DNA of 53,334 nt from Nemertoderma westbladi (Eukaryota > Animalia > Xenacoelomorpha), in contig JAUCBJ010001021.1 in NCBI GenBank assembly GCA_032718475.1, positions 1 to 53,334 of the forward strand, in the 5' to 3' direction. The translations under genes and the position numbers were made by a program. Positions within the stretch are counted from its first letter, which is position 1, and each line of letters begins with the position of its first letter. This document shows positions 22,616 to 35,099 of the stretch, piece by piece. The notes below the pieces were generated by a model. It did no database searches. It was not told the origin of the DNA and saw only the letters and a list, made by a program, of their open reading frames with translations.

Positions 22616-25181
22616 ACTGCGTACTGTTCCTTGGGATAAGTTAACAACCGAACGAAAACTGGGCTGTTCCTCGACTCGCGAAACTTTATGTTGGAAGACC
22701 AACTCTCTAATCATCTGGGTCATCTATACTACAGTAGACACGTGGATACAGAGAAGTCTTACCGGTATTTAACAGAGTGCTCTAACTATTTTCCTACAAA
22801 TCGAAAGTACTATAATACCGTGAATTATTCTACTGCAAATAGTACAGTTTTTTCGGTCGTATTTCCAGTGCGGTCCCCCAGAACTACACTCCCCAGAGGA
22901 AACTACAGTTCTCATTTAGCTAACATTTAAGGATGCAAGGCAGGGTTGAAGAGAAACGTACATTAGTAGCGTTAGGTACCGTTTTGCTTGGGAATTTGCT
23001 GACAGGTTTTTGGGACGTTTTTTTGGCGACGTTCTTTATTCTTTGGTTCTATAATCTTTTTATTTAGATAACGCCAGTTTTTCTTTCTGGAATAAAGTGG
23101 GCATAACAGGTCCTAAAAAGCAAGGATGTCACATGTTAGTACATACATGATGTCAGATTTCAGATTAATAGCAAAGCCTTAGATGTTAAAAGTTATTAAA
23201 AATTAATGTAACAAACAATAACAAATAATTTGGATCACCCAAATAAGCAATACAGCCTACATCTGTAGGACAGACAACATGAAGTGCACATTTAGGTTAT
23301 CGTCACCTATGCCTGTATGCTTATAGTTCTAATGGTGATACTAGTTTACATTTTGTAACAGAGAATAATAATATACAGTTTTATAAACTACTTAGTTGGT
23401 ACACACTGTATTCGTTCACATGGCGAAACAAGTAAGTGTGCAATTAAATTATAGTAGCTGTGGTCAGTATACCGCAACAATTCACAATTATAGGAGGATG
23501 CAGCCATACTCAACGCATTCCTGTTACAGCCAGTAGTAAACCAGCTGCAATACGAATTATTATGAGTGCGGTATAAAATATAAGGCACACCGCCTAGCGA
23601 ACTGTATGTGAATATTACAGCAAACAATAGTTTGTGCCTCCAACCGCTGGATGGCGATAATTAATATTGTATTGTTTTTTATTCAGTATGTTTCTACGTA
23701 CGCCACACGTGTATGATATGTCCCGCTTTAGGTACTTAAAACCAACTATATAATAATAGGAATAAGTGACTTTATTTTACCCGACGGTTAAGTAATACCG
23801 GTAAACTCCCATTTAAAATAAAATAACAATAACCAAAAAACAAACTTAAAAATAGGTACGATCAAAATTATACAATCATAACGTTCAAACTTGTATTTAG
23901 CCGAAACTCAAACTTGTGAGCAGAAATAGATAATTTATACAGAAAATAAATAGGAAAATAAGTACTGCCTACATGGCGATTATTAATAAAGAATCAGATA
24001 AAAAGAATGTAACAAGACAAAAACCAATTTAAATTTAAAAGGTAAAATGGGATATGTGTTCTATATTTTTATACATTTACAGTATATGTATAGCTGGGTT
24101 GCTGAATAGCAGAAGCGGTATACACAGGGTAGGTAGGCCTAGCGCATAGGATAAAGCAACTAATGTATATGGAATTGCGTATTAAAATTATTTATTATCA
24201 ATAATAATCACTTTTTTCCATAATTTTTTGCGTGGTTGCTATGGGGGGGGGGGGGGGGGGGGGGGAGGGGGTCGGGATGAGGCGCGAAGGTTTGCACTGT
24301 CCGGGGCTCGAAAATCAATAATCCGTCCCACCTTGGTTAGCTCAGAATCGCACTCTGCCAAAAATTGGACTTTGATTTTAATCTTTGAAAATAATTCACA
24401 TCTCATGTGTATTAATTTGCTGTGAATTTGACGTGCATTTCAAGTTAATTCGTAACTTTTCTACTGTATTTCTATATTTCTACTGTAAAACATTGTATAC
24501 AGTATAAGTCGTAATGCGTAGAGTATTTTTAATAAAAATCAAATTCGTTAAATATTGCAATTATTGCATACAGTAAATAATATATACCCGCTCTATTGAC
24601 TGGTGTTACTTAACATAACAGCAATACTTACGAGGTTAGGTAAATAATTTGGGATTCTCAATGAATAATTTGGCACTGTGAGTCGTAAGTTATGAGTCAT
24701 TGCTTGTGTAGTAAATTATGTTTATACTGTAGGAGGAATAATTTAGTGGGCGATATAAGAAGAGAGATTGACACACGTGATTGTAACCAATGATCTTCCA
24801 GTTTCCTTTAAGTTTCCCCATTCGATTTAATTATATTTCTTATCATTTCAATGTAAATCATTAAATTCAATTGTTAACTGATTGGGCGAACACCCGTCTG
24901 TTTATAAATAATATATGTTTACGGATTCCTAATATAATGATGCTATGGCTAGTGAGAGAGGGAGAGTATATGAAAACAAGACGCTAAACTAAAGTTTAAG
25001 CTAATAATAATGTTTGTTGCAAAGAAATACCGTAACCAATGCCAAATATCTGTTATTGTATGAGTTATGATGAGTAATTGATACTGGACGTGCCCGTCCC
25101 AGGATCATTGAACTCACGAAAATGATTGATTATTCACTGTATTCGGGGTAATTGACAAATAATTGGCATTACTATGGTATG

Positions 25182-25345
25182 TACTAGAAATCCAGCAAGC
25201 TGGCTGGAAGGAGCCCGGGGGAAAAATCCTAGCCAAGACTATTACAAAGAACTATGTCAGTCAGCAGTAAGTAAACTAAACATAAACAATTGTCTAAACT
25301 GCAAGGCGTGAGGCTAGCTGATTTTGTGGCTCGCCCCACATAATA
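25182..25345 (+). mobile_element. Short interspersed Helentron/DINE-like element (inverted copy at 45539-45700)
   Basis: ACTAGAAA.CCAGCAAGCTGGCT start and GTGGCTCGCCCCACA end. Partial copies lie at ~12698 and ~53040. Confidence 0.55.
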
Positions 25346-25384
25346 AAAAATGCAACTTAGCTACCACTAACAAAAATATAATAT

Positions 25385-27605
25385 TTTGAGATCCTTTACG
25401 GTAAGAACTATCCTAAAGCCTACAAATCTACTAATATTAAGCTATAGAATATCTTCTACTGTAAAGTCCAGTAGTATACCGCTTACCGGATCCTAGTAAC
25501 GATGTATCCTACCGTAAGATCTAGTAATGTACACGGGCTCGTACAGTATCTGGTAATAAATCCAAGTCCAGGGTGTCTAAATAAACAGATACAAGTACGC
25601 GAACAACTACTGGCGAGGAGCAGAGCCTAGTGTCTATTCTAGGTTCGTGAGCGAATCTAATGCCTACGAACTAGACAAAAGGATACATGTCCTCTAACCG
25701 GTGAGGCAGATGTACAGTCTATGGTGACAGACCAAACTCACGGGAAAACAATCCCCGCGCAGCAAATCCTAACTATCGCTAACAGACCTAAATACCGTAC
25801 ACTTGCCGCGGTGTGATTTATATGGTTTATATACGAGCTAGTGGATTAACAGACTAGCGTAACAATACTGACCAGTACTCAATCAGTCTAAAGGGGGTCG
25901 TGCCTAATGTAACAATACTGTGAGCAGAAAAAACAGTCTAATAAGTAAATACTCCTTTTGCCGTAACTAAATATCAGATCCTAAATTTACAAACTACGAA
26001 TAGTAAATTACAGATAGATTCTGCCTGAGAGTAATCTAAAATAAGCTATAACTAGTAGAGCTCTAAGGGTACATGTTCTAGGGCGTGTGTGTGTGAGTGT
26101 GTTACAAATAAAACAATTTTGATGTACTCCATTATACTAGGTTTTAGTGATTTTCTGACCGAAACAATACCGTGCGCTAGCTACGAAAATAAGCTAGTCG
26201 CGCTCTGTAGAACTTTATACTTACTAAATGACGTCAAAGCTCTCTCCTTCCTATCCACAACTCAACCGGGCAATTACGGCGTTAGTAACTACACCCGTGA
26301 TCGGCACAAATACCAGATTCTGGTTGTAAGATAAGAAATAGGGGTTAATTGCTACCGTACGTTAGCTGATCTGGTAAACAAATTTGATTCTAGAATTTTG
26401 TTGCCGCGGTGGTTAGCAGCAAAACCTATCAGTACGTGGCAAGGCGCGGTAGGATATTAATAAACCTCCCTAGGCCAAGCGAAGTGCCGGTAGCAGAAAT
26501 ACTCCTTTCCTGATCAAATAACTCGGGTTCAGGCAGGGGGGGGGGGGGGGGGGGGGGTAGTAATGTATAAACTACAAAGCAAACCGGTACCGAACTGTCA
26601 GTATTGCGAATCACTAAATTATGTAACATATGCTGTCTGTACCTAATATGTACTCGCATACTGACCAATGGCAATAGTTCACACCTATAGGGAATACAGG
26701 TTAATCCAGGGATTTGCAGTACAGGTTCTGCTCTGTAGCCTAGCTATTTGATCCTAAATTTTGCGGCGTCCCAGGACGGCGTCACGCTTACCCTGATCTA
26801 TAGGTCTTACGGCGGGCAAGGGCGTCAAACAAAGTCTTACCTTCCTCGGAATCGGGCGCTGCATGGCAAAGGTGGAGTTTTTCGAAGGGGCGAAGGGGGT
26901 GCGTGGGCTAATCTAATGTGGGCGCTAGTGTGTTGTGGACATCTTCCCTGCGTTGCTGACGGCTTAACGGTCTAGGCAGCCATCCTACCAATGCTTGGCT
27001 GTCCCAATGGTGGACAAAGGGAAATATACATGTTCAAAGTTTACAGTATATTTAGAGTAATTTACAAAAGAGTTTATCAACCAAATTTACATAAGTTTCA
27101 ACAAGAAACTAACAAATGTAACTAAAGAATGGTGATAAAGCAAATATTGTTAGAAATAACAATGTATACGATTAGGCATAAGTGAGTGATAACCGAAGGC
27201 AAACCAGCCCTTATATAGCAAATCTGGGACATAGAATCCACTAGAACATTCCAGAGTATTCCATGGCCTCACATTGGAGCAATAAGATATTCTATGCCCT
27301 ATGATTGGCCCAACTCATCGTTCCATACGTTGTACGCACCTCATTGGCTTATCTAATTAGATCAAAGTGAAAATAAATTGCCCAAAAATGCAAATTTCCC
27401 GACCGGGATTCGAACTCGTAACCTAGTTGTAATGTAACCAATGCCTTAACCATCTGACCACTGCGCCAATCGAGTTAACTATGTGTTTATGTGTACCAAT
27501 ATGAATAGGCATATTACATTACTGTAATTTAATCAAAATGCGTCGGATTTTAGAAAGTTTTTGAGTCAAACTACAAATGCTGCCTTATAGTGAAATAATC
27601 CATCA
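25385..27605 (-). repeat. 3' LTR
   Basis: Direct repeat of 42413-44611, with roughly 50 substitutions by eye plus a few indels. Sense strand reads TGATGG...GGATCTCAAA. Confidence 0.95.
27398..27467 (-). other. tRNA-like Pol III cassette in U3 of the 3' LTR
   Basis: GGCGCAG-TGGTCAGATGG(A box)...GAGTTCGAATCC(B box)-CGGTCGGG, with TTTTT about 10 nt downstream. No complete cloverleaf. Confidence 0.65.
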
Positions 27606-28258
27606 CCGCTCCATGGAAACAGTAAGTAAGACTGTTTTCACCAATCGAAATATAAACTATTTACAAAATATCTCTTAGGTCTAATGGTGGGGCCTAAAAT
27701 ATAAAATAATCACTACCTAATTATTGCATACTTATTATTGCAGGTACAGCGTAAATACATTCTATCATACATACAAAATACAAATTTACCAATTAACTTC
27801 AGTGCATAAAATACAAAAAAAAGAGGACTTTCGGTTATCAAGGTAAACAAATTATACAAATTAGAACAAATCAAAACAAATAATTTTAAGGCTTTCAATA
27901 ATCTTTCATATATTACAAATATACATAATAAACTTTCCAAATTAAATCAGTTCAAATATAAACAAACATAATATGCTAATAACTTCCAAATAAGTCTTAA
28001 AGTGTCCTCCTGACGAGCTCAAAAGTTCGTCCTGCTGGTCTGGATATCTTCTCCTGAGCACTGATTGCTAACGGTAGGCTCGCAAGCCTTCCTTCTCTAC
28101 CTCGCTCCTCCAAACCCAACATCCAAACGCAATGTCCAATATAATATCCAAACATAAATATCCAAATATAATATCCAAATATAAATATCCAAATATAATA
28201 TCCAATATGATATACAAATCGGTAGGCTCGCAAGCCTTCCTTCCTTCATCTCGCTCTC

Positions 28259-31200
28259 CTAATCCTTGGTCGAACGGGCTCGTCCACGCCCTCTAATACG
28301 ATTGGGTGGTGGTCGGGATCGAACTGGACTCGGACTTCGGCGTCGAGCTGTCGGTGGTTCTAAAACGCTAGGAAAGGGGACGACGGGAGTTTCACACATC
28401 CGTCGTGCACTCAGTCCTCTAAATCCTCGTCTGATTCCAATCGTTCGCTTCGTAGCATCGGATCGAGTCTCTACAATGCTAGGAGGAAGTCTAAGGGGTG
28501 GGACCGTTCCGTCCGTTGACACCTCGCTCTCTGACGTCGTCTGAATTCTAATAGGTTCTGGTAAAGCATATCCTGTCCCTCCGCGTGGTTCTCTAGGAAG
28601 GGAAACCGTGCCCCGAGTCATCCGGATTTGCGACTTCGATGTCGTCCTCTCGGCGACATTTACTACTTTCTTCATTTCCTGTCCGGCTTTCTGGGCTCTG
28701 AGTATACGAAGTTGCGGATCTTCCTGTGGGTGTCGTGTCCTTTCGGCCAACGGTGTGGCTCTGAAGCCAGTCTCACGCAAAACGTCCGCCTCATCTAGAA
28801 TACACGATGTTACGCGTTTGTGATAAAATGCGCTCCGGTATGCCCAAGCTATCAAATGCCAGGCTCCTCGATTCCGCTTTTCGTCTCGCAATTTGTCGAA
28901 TTCCCCGGCGGTAATCTTATTCACCACAGTCTGAAAGTTCCATGTGTTCTTATTGTCAGGGTGTACCTGTAGAAAGTAGTCCCGAACAACCTTGAATCCG
29001 CTATCCAACGCAATATATCTAGCACCTCCAAGAGTTCATCATATTGAGGCATAGCTGACATGTATCCTTCTTTCGACAATATGGGAGGGTTTACGGCCCA
29101 AAATCCCAAATGCGCTCTCATGGGGAAACGGCGTCGCTGTGTCGACACATGCTCGTCTGCTAGATTCTCCCAATGGTCGAATAGCTGTCTAACGATTTTA
29201 ACTGACATATGCTCATAGGGAACGTCCCTAAGTTGGCACTCTGATGCCCTATGACCTTTAATATTGCAATACGTGCACTGCGCCACGAAACGCCAACAAG
29301 TGTAGAAAGTGTGTGAACGTTGATCCCCACACCAGTTGCACACTAAGTCCGGTAGAGATATATGTTTCGCTCCACATTTCTTTGCGTGGTGGCCAGTTGC
29401 CCCGCATCTGCCACAAATGGTATTGGCAGGATACCAAACTCACTCATAGTTGAGGTCTCTGATGGGGCGAGCGCTACCGTCCACGTGATAATTCTCATCA
29501 TCCGGGTCAGTCGGTATGTTCATCTCCGTAGGTTGTACACAAACCATGGCATCGCTTTTCTCTAACTCACGTATCTCAGTTCGCGTCTTCCTCGGAAGAT
29601 TCTCTTCTATCTCTATGAGTTGCCGCAACGGTTCGTCTATTATCGCGAACTCGGTCAGATCCACATCGTCATGATGGGCGGTAGGCTCGCGAGCCTTCCA
29701 GGATCCTACTGGGCCTTTGAATTCCGCGTGGCGTTCCCCGTCGTGGGGTACTAACATCAACATCGACGGTCTGTCGACTAAGCTTCCCGCGTGAGTGAGA
29801 TAAACGTTCCTGAAAACGCTAAGTCCCGCTCGCGTGAAAACTTCGCAGTGCGCATTGGTGTTATAAAAGGGTTGGAGAAATCGGCAGAATACATCAGTAT
29901 GCGTCCTTCCTCCATCGTAAATGGTATGTCCTTCACCGAGACATAACGGATGTCGCTTTAGGATTCTAGACACTACATCGGCGATGAAGCAAACGTTCAC
30001 CGAAGATTCTATCGCCAAATAGTATTGCAAGATTATTCGTGGAGGTGAGGTAATCGCCCAGTACACGCAACCTCTCCACTTCAACTGTGACTCGAACTCG
30101 TTTACGCCGGGGGTATCTCCCTCACCGTATACGTCTGTGTATTTGCTCCTCTTACTCTCTTTATATTCCCAACTAAACATTAGGTATGAGATATAACCCA
30201 TTCCAGTTTTTAGCGTGTTATACTCCCTAAAATATCCTTGTTCAATAGCCCAAAGCAACAATGGTCTAGTATCCACGTATGGCGTAGGCAATCGATCCTC
30301 CTCCTCGGGCATTCCCACGAAATCGCTAATGAGGTCATCTCGTACACCGGATCCGATCTTGACGATACTCTTATCAAGTACAACGTCTCGCACGGCCTTT
30401 GGCAACATCCCAGCTTCTATGCTACAAGCCAGGTCCATGGATTTAACTATCCGTTTTATCATCGCGTGTCTTTGCATCGTTCCTTCTGGCATAGGCATCT
30501 ATCTATCGCTCCTCTGTTGGCTGAAGACATGTAACACGCCATCGGGTGCTCGAATTTGTTTGGTCTTTGAAGTGAGGCTTTGCTGATGGCTTCCTCCTTC
30601 ATTATCGTAAAACATATAACCATTCTCCTGCAGAGATCGGCTGGTTGCATCCCAATCGTCGAGTAAATCGTAGGTAGGGTTCCAAATTCTCCCTATGGAC
30701 TTTTCATCGTCGAAACTAATAGGTTTTCCGGTCCAATTGGTCGCAATATCGGTGTCGGTTTCAAACGTGCCAACTCCGATCCATAATCGAATCGTTTTCG
30801 CTAAATATCCTCGCAAGTTACAAGGTGCGATATCCGTCCCCGCGCGATCCACTTCCTTAAAGTCCGTAATATGTGGAGGCATGTTGCGTACGATTTTCTG
30901 AACTATCGTTCTACGCAACTCCGCTGCCTCTAACACATCACCAAAGGTAACTGATGGGAGGAAATCCAGGTTCGAAATGATCTTCGGGTGTTCAACTATA
31001 GGAATCTCGTTAGTTGTCTCCTCTCGGGTTGGTATGCTAATAGGAAAGCTGGTTGGTCTCGCGACTGGTACTACCGCTTTAGTAGGATATCTGTAGTCTC
31101 TGCGACAAACGCTGAGCAAAGGTGATACTATCGAAGAGTTTGGGTATCATCTCCTTAGGTTCGGTTTGATCGTGGGATATCCAGTAAAATGGTAGGCTCG

Positions 31201-31384
31201 CGAGCCTTCCGCCGAACTCCTCGATCTCGCCTTTCTCGTACGCCTTGTACGCCCTGTAGAGGCTCAAAGCTTCCCGTTTCTCTTGTGTCGACTTATTAGA
31301 CTCGTCCACTATCATACTATAGAGGTCTGGTTCGACTAATTTGGGTTCGTAAATAACAATTTCGCCCACGTTTGGTCCACTCAT
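28259..31384 (-). pseudogene. Accessory ORF3: DEDDy (WRN/EXD/Mut-7-like) 3'-5' exonuclease, three CCHC knuckles and an RS/RG-rich tail (disrupted)
   Basis: ExoI YMFYDNEG, then KQIRAPDGVLHVF; ExoII LPKAVRDVVLDKSIVKIGSGVRDD; YVDT; ExoIII-like W..PPRIILQYYLAIES. Knuckles at 29415-29236. In-frame stops at 30499-30501 and 29440-29442, frameshifts near 31100 and 29010. Confidence 0.75.
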
Positions 31385-31396
31385 TTTAAACGAATG

Positions 31397-31983
31397 TTAC
31401 GGATTCATCAAAGGGTAGCCGCCTTCTTGGTAACGCAGACTTTGGTGGTATGAACATCGTGCTAATATCAGCTTGGGGTTCTCCGAGTTCAAGCGCATAG
31501 GAATCGCGTTGTCTTGCTCGCGCATACATGCTCCACATTTGTAAAACAGTTTATAAATGGAGAACGCGTCCTTTGTCTCTGGATCCGCTCCTCAAGCGCG
31601 TCTATAAAGATGCATTCCATCGAATTCATCCCTGGCTGCAGGCAAGGATTCGCTCGCCGTCAAATATTGCAGCGTTGATATAATCGGCGTATCTCCGTGT
31701 CTGGATCCTCGCAAATGTCACTGGCGTCGCATAACGCATCATAGGGGTTTAACGCATTGAATTCCGCGCGTAACTCCTCCGCTCTTTTGTTATAAGCGTC
31801 CAATCGCTGTCTCATAACATTCGGGTCCGCCTTGGATTTAGTGAGCTTGGCTGTACTCCTAGCCATACTTTCCACTCCAAACACGTTAAAGTTTTTGGCT
31901 CCATAATGATTAAACGGTGCCTGGTGCTCTTGTTCCTGTGTAAACCCCTGATGTAACTCCTTATAAATCTTCTCCGCCATCAT
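31397..31983 (-). pseudogene. Second accessory ORF (~190 aa reconstructed), function unknown
   Basis: The 107-aa ORF at 31983-31660 continues, after a stop and a frameshift, as ...YKLFYKCGACMREQ...ARCSYHQ...NP*, ending 13 nt before the ORF3 ATG. Confidence 0.45.
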
Positions 31984-32701
31984 ATACGCATATATATGGT
32001 TACATATCGTTACGTTTCTACTAGATGAAGCCCAAAATAGAGGTTAGATGTGAGGAGACTTAGAGTTTGTCGGCTTTTGGCTCAACTTTGCTCTAAAACC
32101 CCTACCCATTTGCCTAATGACTTCGGGTTTCACTGGCTCCTAATCCAAAAAATGTGCCGATAAAAAACGAATTCCGGGTAAACTAACCGTGAGTCTAAAA
32201 TACTCACCTTTTAATTTCCTAAACTACTTCCCAAAGAAAATAGTGCAGTCAAGAATTAATTTGGTCTAAATAATAGGAGACACGACTACGTAGAACAAGG
32301 CCGATTTTCTTTTCCAAAAAAATTTATCGGAAGGCTCGGAAGCCTACCGCTCTTGTCCTCCCCAATTTTAATTTTTATCTAGCTGTATTCTAGAATTCGC
32401 ATTCACTGGAGAATCATTTTTCTTAAATTTAAATCCAACCAAATGGATTTGTCTAATAATTTTTGAAAAATTGTCTCACTTGTGTGTTCCAAGTGGAATT
32501 CCATTCATACTGTACACACAATCCCGCTCCTATGTGATACATAAGGGTACTACCCTCCATGTTCACATATAAAGACAATGGAATTCCACCGCTGTCTCTA
32601 TCTACAGTGAAGAGGAATACAAATGCACATACAGTAATACAAAATACTAAATTACTAAAATATGGTAAGTCTATGTGGCGGCCATCAAGGGTCCCACATC
32701 T

Positions 32702-34200
32702 CTATTTACTAAGATTGGGTGGAGATTTGTAGTCTCCTGTCTCGTTTCTAGACTCCTCAAGGAGCACGAGACGTTGTACAGGCCTATCTACGGTACGTCC
32801 GTCAATAGTCCGCACAGTAACTGTCCTTACTACACCAGATGTAGGGTGCGTGGTCAAAATGACTCCAGTCAGCCAAAACCGTCTCTTCAGATTGGTTTCA
32901 GCCAATAAAACATGGTCACCTCGTCTCAAACATCGGGTATTAAGATACCAAGAGGTTCTGGTAGAAATAGAGGGCAAATAGTGCTTCTGCCATATTTCCC
33001 AGAATTTGTTGGCTAGCAACTGAGTGATTTTCCAAGCTTTGTTGCCGTATCCATAGCTATCGACAGGTACCAAAGTGGGCAACAATGTCGTCGGCGCCTG
33101 CATAAGCAGGTGTGCTGGTGTCAAGGCAAACTGTGAGTCATTATTGTCTGGGATCAAAGCGATCGGTCTAGTATTCAATACCGCTTCGATTTCTATTAAC
33201 AACGTCGTCAGTTGGTCGTCTGTTAATATGTGTTGCGTCGGTATTACTTTCGCCATAGCCATTTTTATTGACCCAATCAGCCTTTCCCAAACGCCGCCTC
33301 TCCATGGACTGTTGGAAGTGTTAAAGCTCCAAACAATACGGTGAGGACGTAGGTTTTGGTCCAACTTCTTTAAAGCTCTGGTAATTTCATTCCGTGCACC
33401 CACAAAGTTAGTCCCTTGGTCGCAATAAATGGATTTCACCAATCCACGTCTAGCGATAAATCGATGTAAGGCTAGGATAAAGGCGTTGGTGGTCAAGTCT
33501 GTCACACGCTCAATATGGACAGCTCTGATGGCCATGCAAGTGAAGATCAATCCCCAACGTTTTACCTGTACCCTTCCGCATTTCGCGATTATGGGTCCAA
33601 AACAGTCTATCCCTGACTCAGTGAAAGGGGGTCTAAAAGCCTGTAATCTTGCTAATGGTAGTTCACTCATTTCTTGGTGTCCTATCCTCGCGTGCACCTT
33701 CTTACAAATTATACAGTTCCGTGTTACCGAACTCAGTGCCTTGCTAGGCCTAATCAGTACGAACCTCGAGCATAAGTGTGATAAACAGTGATGTCTACCT
33801 ACGTGTTTGAGTCATACATGTGCATCCAGTATCATAGCGCGCAGTAACTCGTGGTGTTGCGGTATGATGAAGTCAAGTGCAAAGTCAATGTTTTGGAGTC
33901 TGGACTTGTGACAAAGTAAGCCCCTATAGATAATCGGACTCTAACTCAAAATCGGTGAAGACTTGATCTGTTTACCCTGATTGATCGCTGTGAACTCTCG
34001 TGCAAAATATCGCAATTGATAATGACGAATAATATCAACTTCACAAAGACCAACTTCCTCTAAGGTAAGTCTCCTAGGAAAGTCGCATTTGCCTCTGGCA
34101 TATAGTCTCAAACGTTTGAGCCATGCTAACTTGCGGCACGCGTCAGTCCATGATCTAGTTAGGTTTACTATCCTGTCAACGTAAGTGTTAGTGACGTCAT
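32702..34200 (-). pseudogene. Bel/Pao integrase
   Basis: HHCC region (H..KH...CIIC, containing a stop), GIDCFGP, IYCDQGTNF and GGVWERLIGS (DDE), and the C-terminal FWEIWQKHYL...GVVRTVTVRT...RPVQRL. Confidence 0.93.
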
Positions 34201-35099
34201 CAGGTAAGGTATAGTCAAAATGTGGATACTTGTTCGGACTTGGTAGGCCCACGGGCCTTCCGGTAGGTGTCTCCCTTTGTGCAATAGGTTTGTCTAAGTC
34301 CCCAAGTGATTCAATCTCCACAGTCTTACCTTTACCATCCACACCCAGTGAATTGACTGGCAGTAACGGTTTCAACTCTACAGTACAAGTGTGTTCCTGT
34401 GAGCTTGTAAGCTTCCTAACCTTAGTCACACGTTTACCTGTAGACGGTAAGTCAAGTATTTTCCTTGAGCGGAGTGTGATCGCTGTGGCCACACCTTCGT
34501 CCAAAGAAGTCAAATTTGGTAAGTTGTCAATCGCTAATGGGTGTGTACTAGTCCGCTCCAATGGATTCATTGCGTCCTTAGAGTACACGTCGTTACCTTC
34601 CAATTGTTTGTCTAATGGAAAGTCTAGTAGACAGTCTGATGAGGCATCCGGTGAACAGTCTGGTGAGATGTCTGGTGAGACATAGAACGGAACTTCCGGC
34701 TAATTGTCCTGTCGTCGGTCCCAAAGAAAGTCTGGTGTAGCTTCTGTCAGAAAGTCTGGTCTAATGTCTAGTGGACAGTCTGTCGAGATGTTTGGTGGAA
34801 AGTCTGGTGAGATGTCTGGTAGACAATATGTCGAGTGTTCTATAAAACAATCTGGCGAATATTCTGGAGAACAATCTGGTGTCGCTTCTGGTGAATAATC
34901 TGGCGAGTCATCTGGTGAACAATCCAGCGAAACGTCTGGTGAAATCTCCCGCAGAACATCCGGTGAAAGATTCGTACGAACGTCTGGTCGAGAGTCTGGT
35001 GAGACATCTGGCGTAATGTCAGGTCTAACGTCCAGGTCATCAGATTTCGTCCGTCCTTGTTTCCTCTTGACCTTGGCGTTGGCTTTCGCTTTAGATTTG

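Noticed and set aside
26089-26975. Short ORFs repeated at 43103-44019
   Set aside because: They are duplicated only because they lie in the LTRs, and they show no protein motifs.
27398-27467. Functional tRNA gene
   Set aside because: A and B boxes are present, but there is no convincing acceptor or anticodon stem. Kept only as a tRNA-like cassette.
31255-31275. Possible 13th hairpin copy (AGAGGCTCAAAGCTTCC)
   Set aside because: Too degenerate (indels in loop and arm) to count.
28259-31983. env gene in the ORF3 position
   Set aside because: No signal peptide, transmembrane segment or fusion-protein Cys pattern is visible. The motifs point to a nuclease and RNA binding instead.
34630-34665. 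CTGATGAGGC...GAAC hammerhead-like string
   Set aside because: It lacks GAAA and proper stems, and it is part of the 12-bp SPD repeat.
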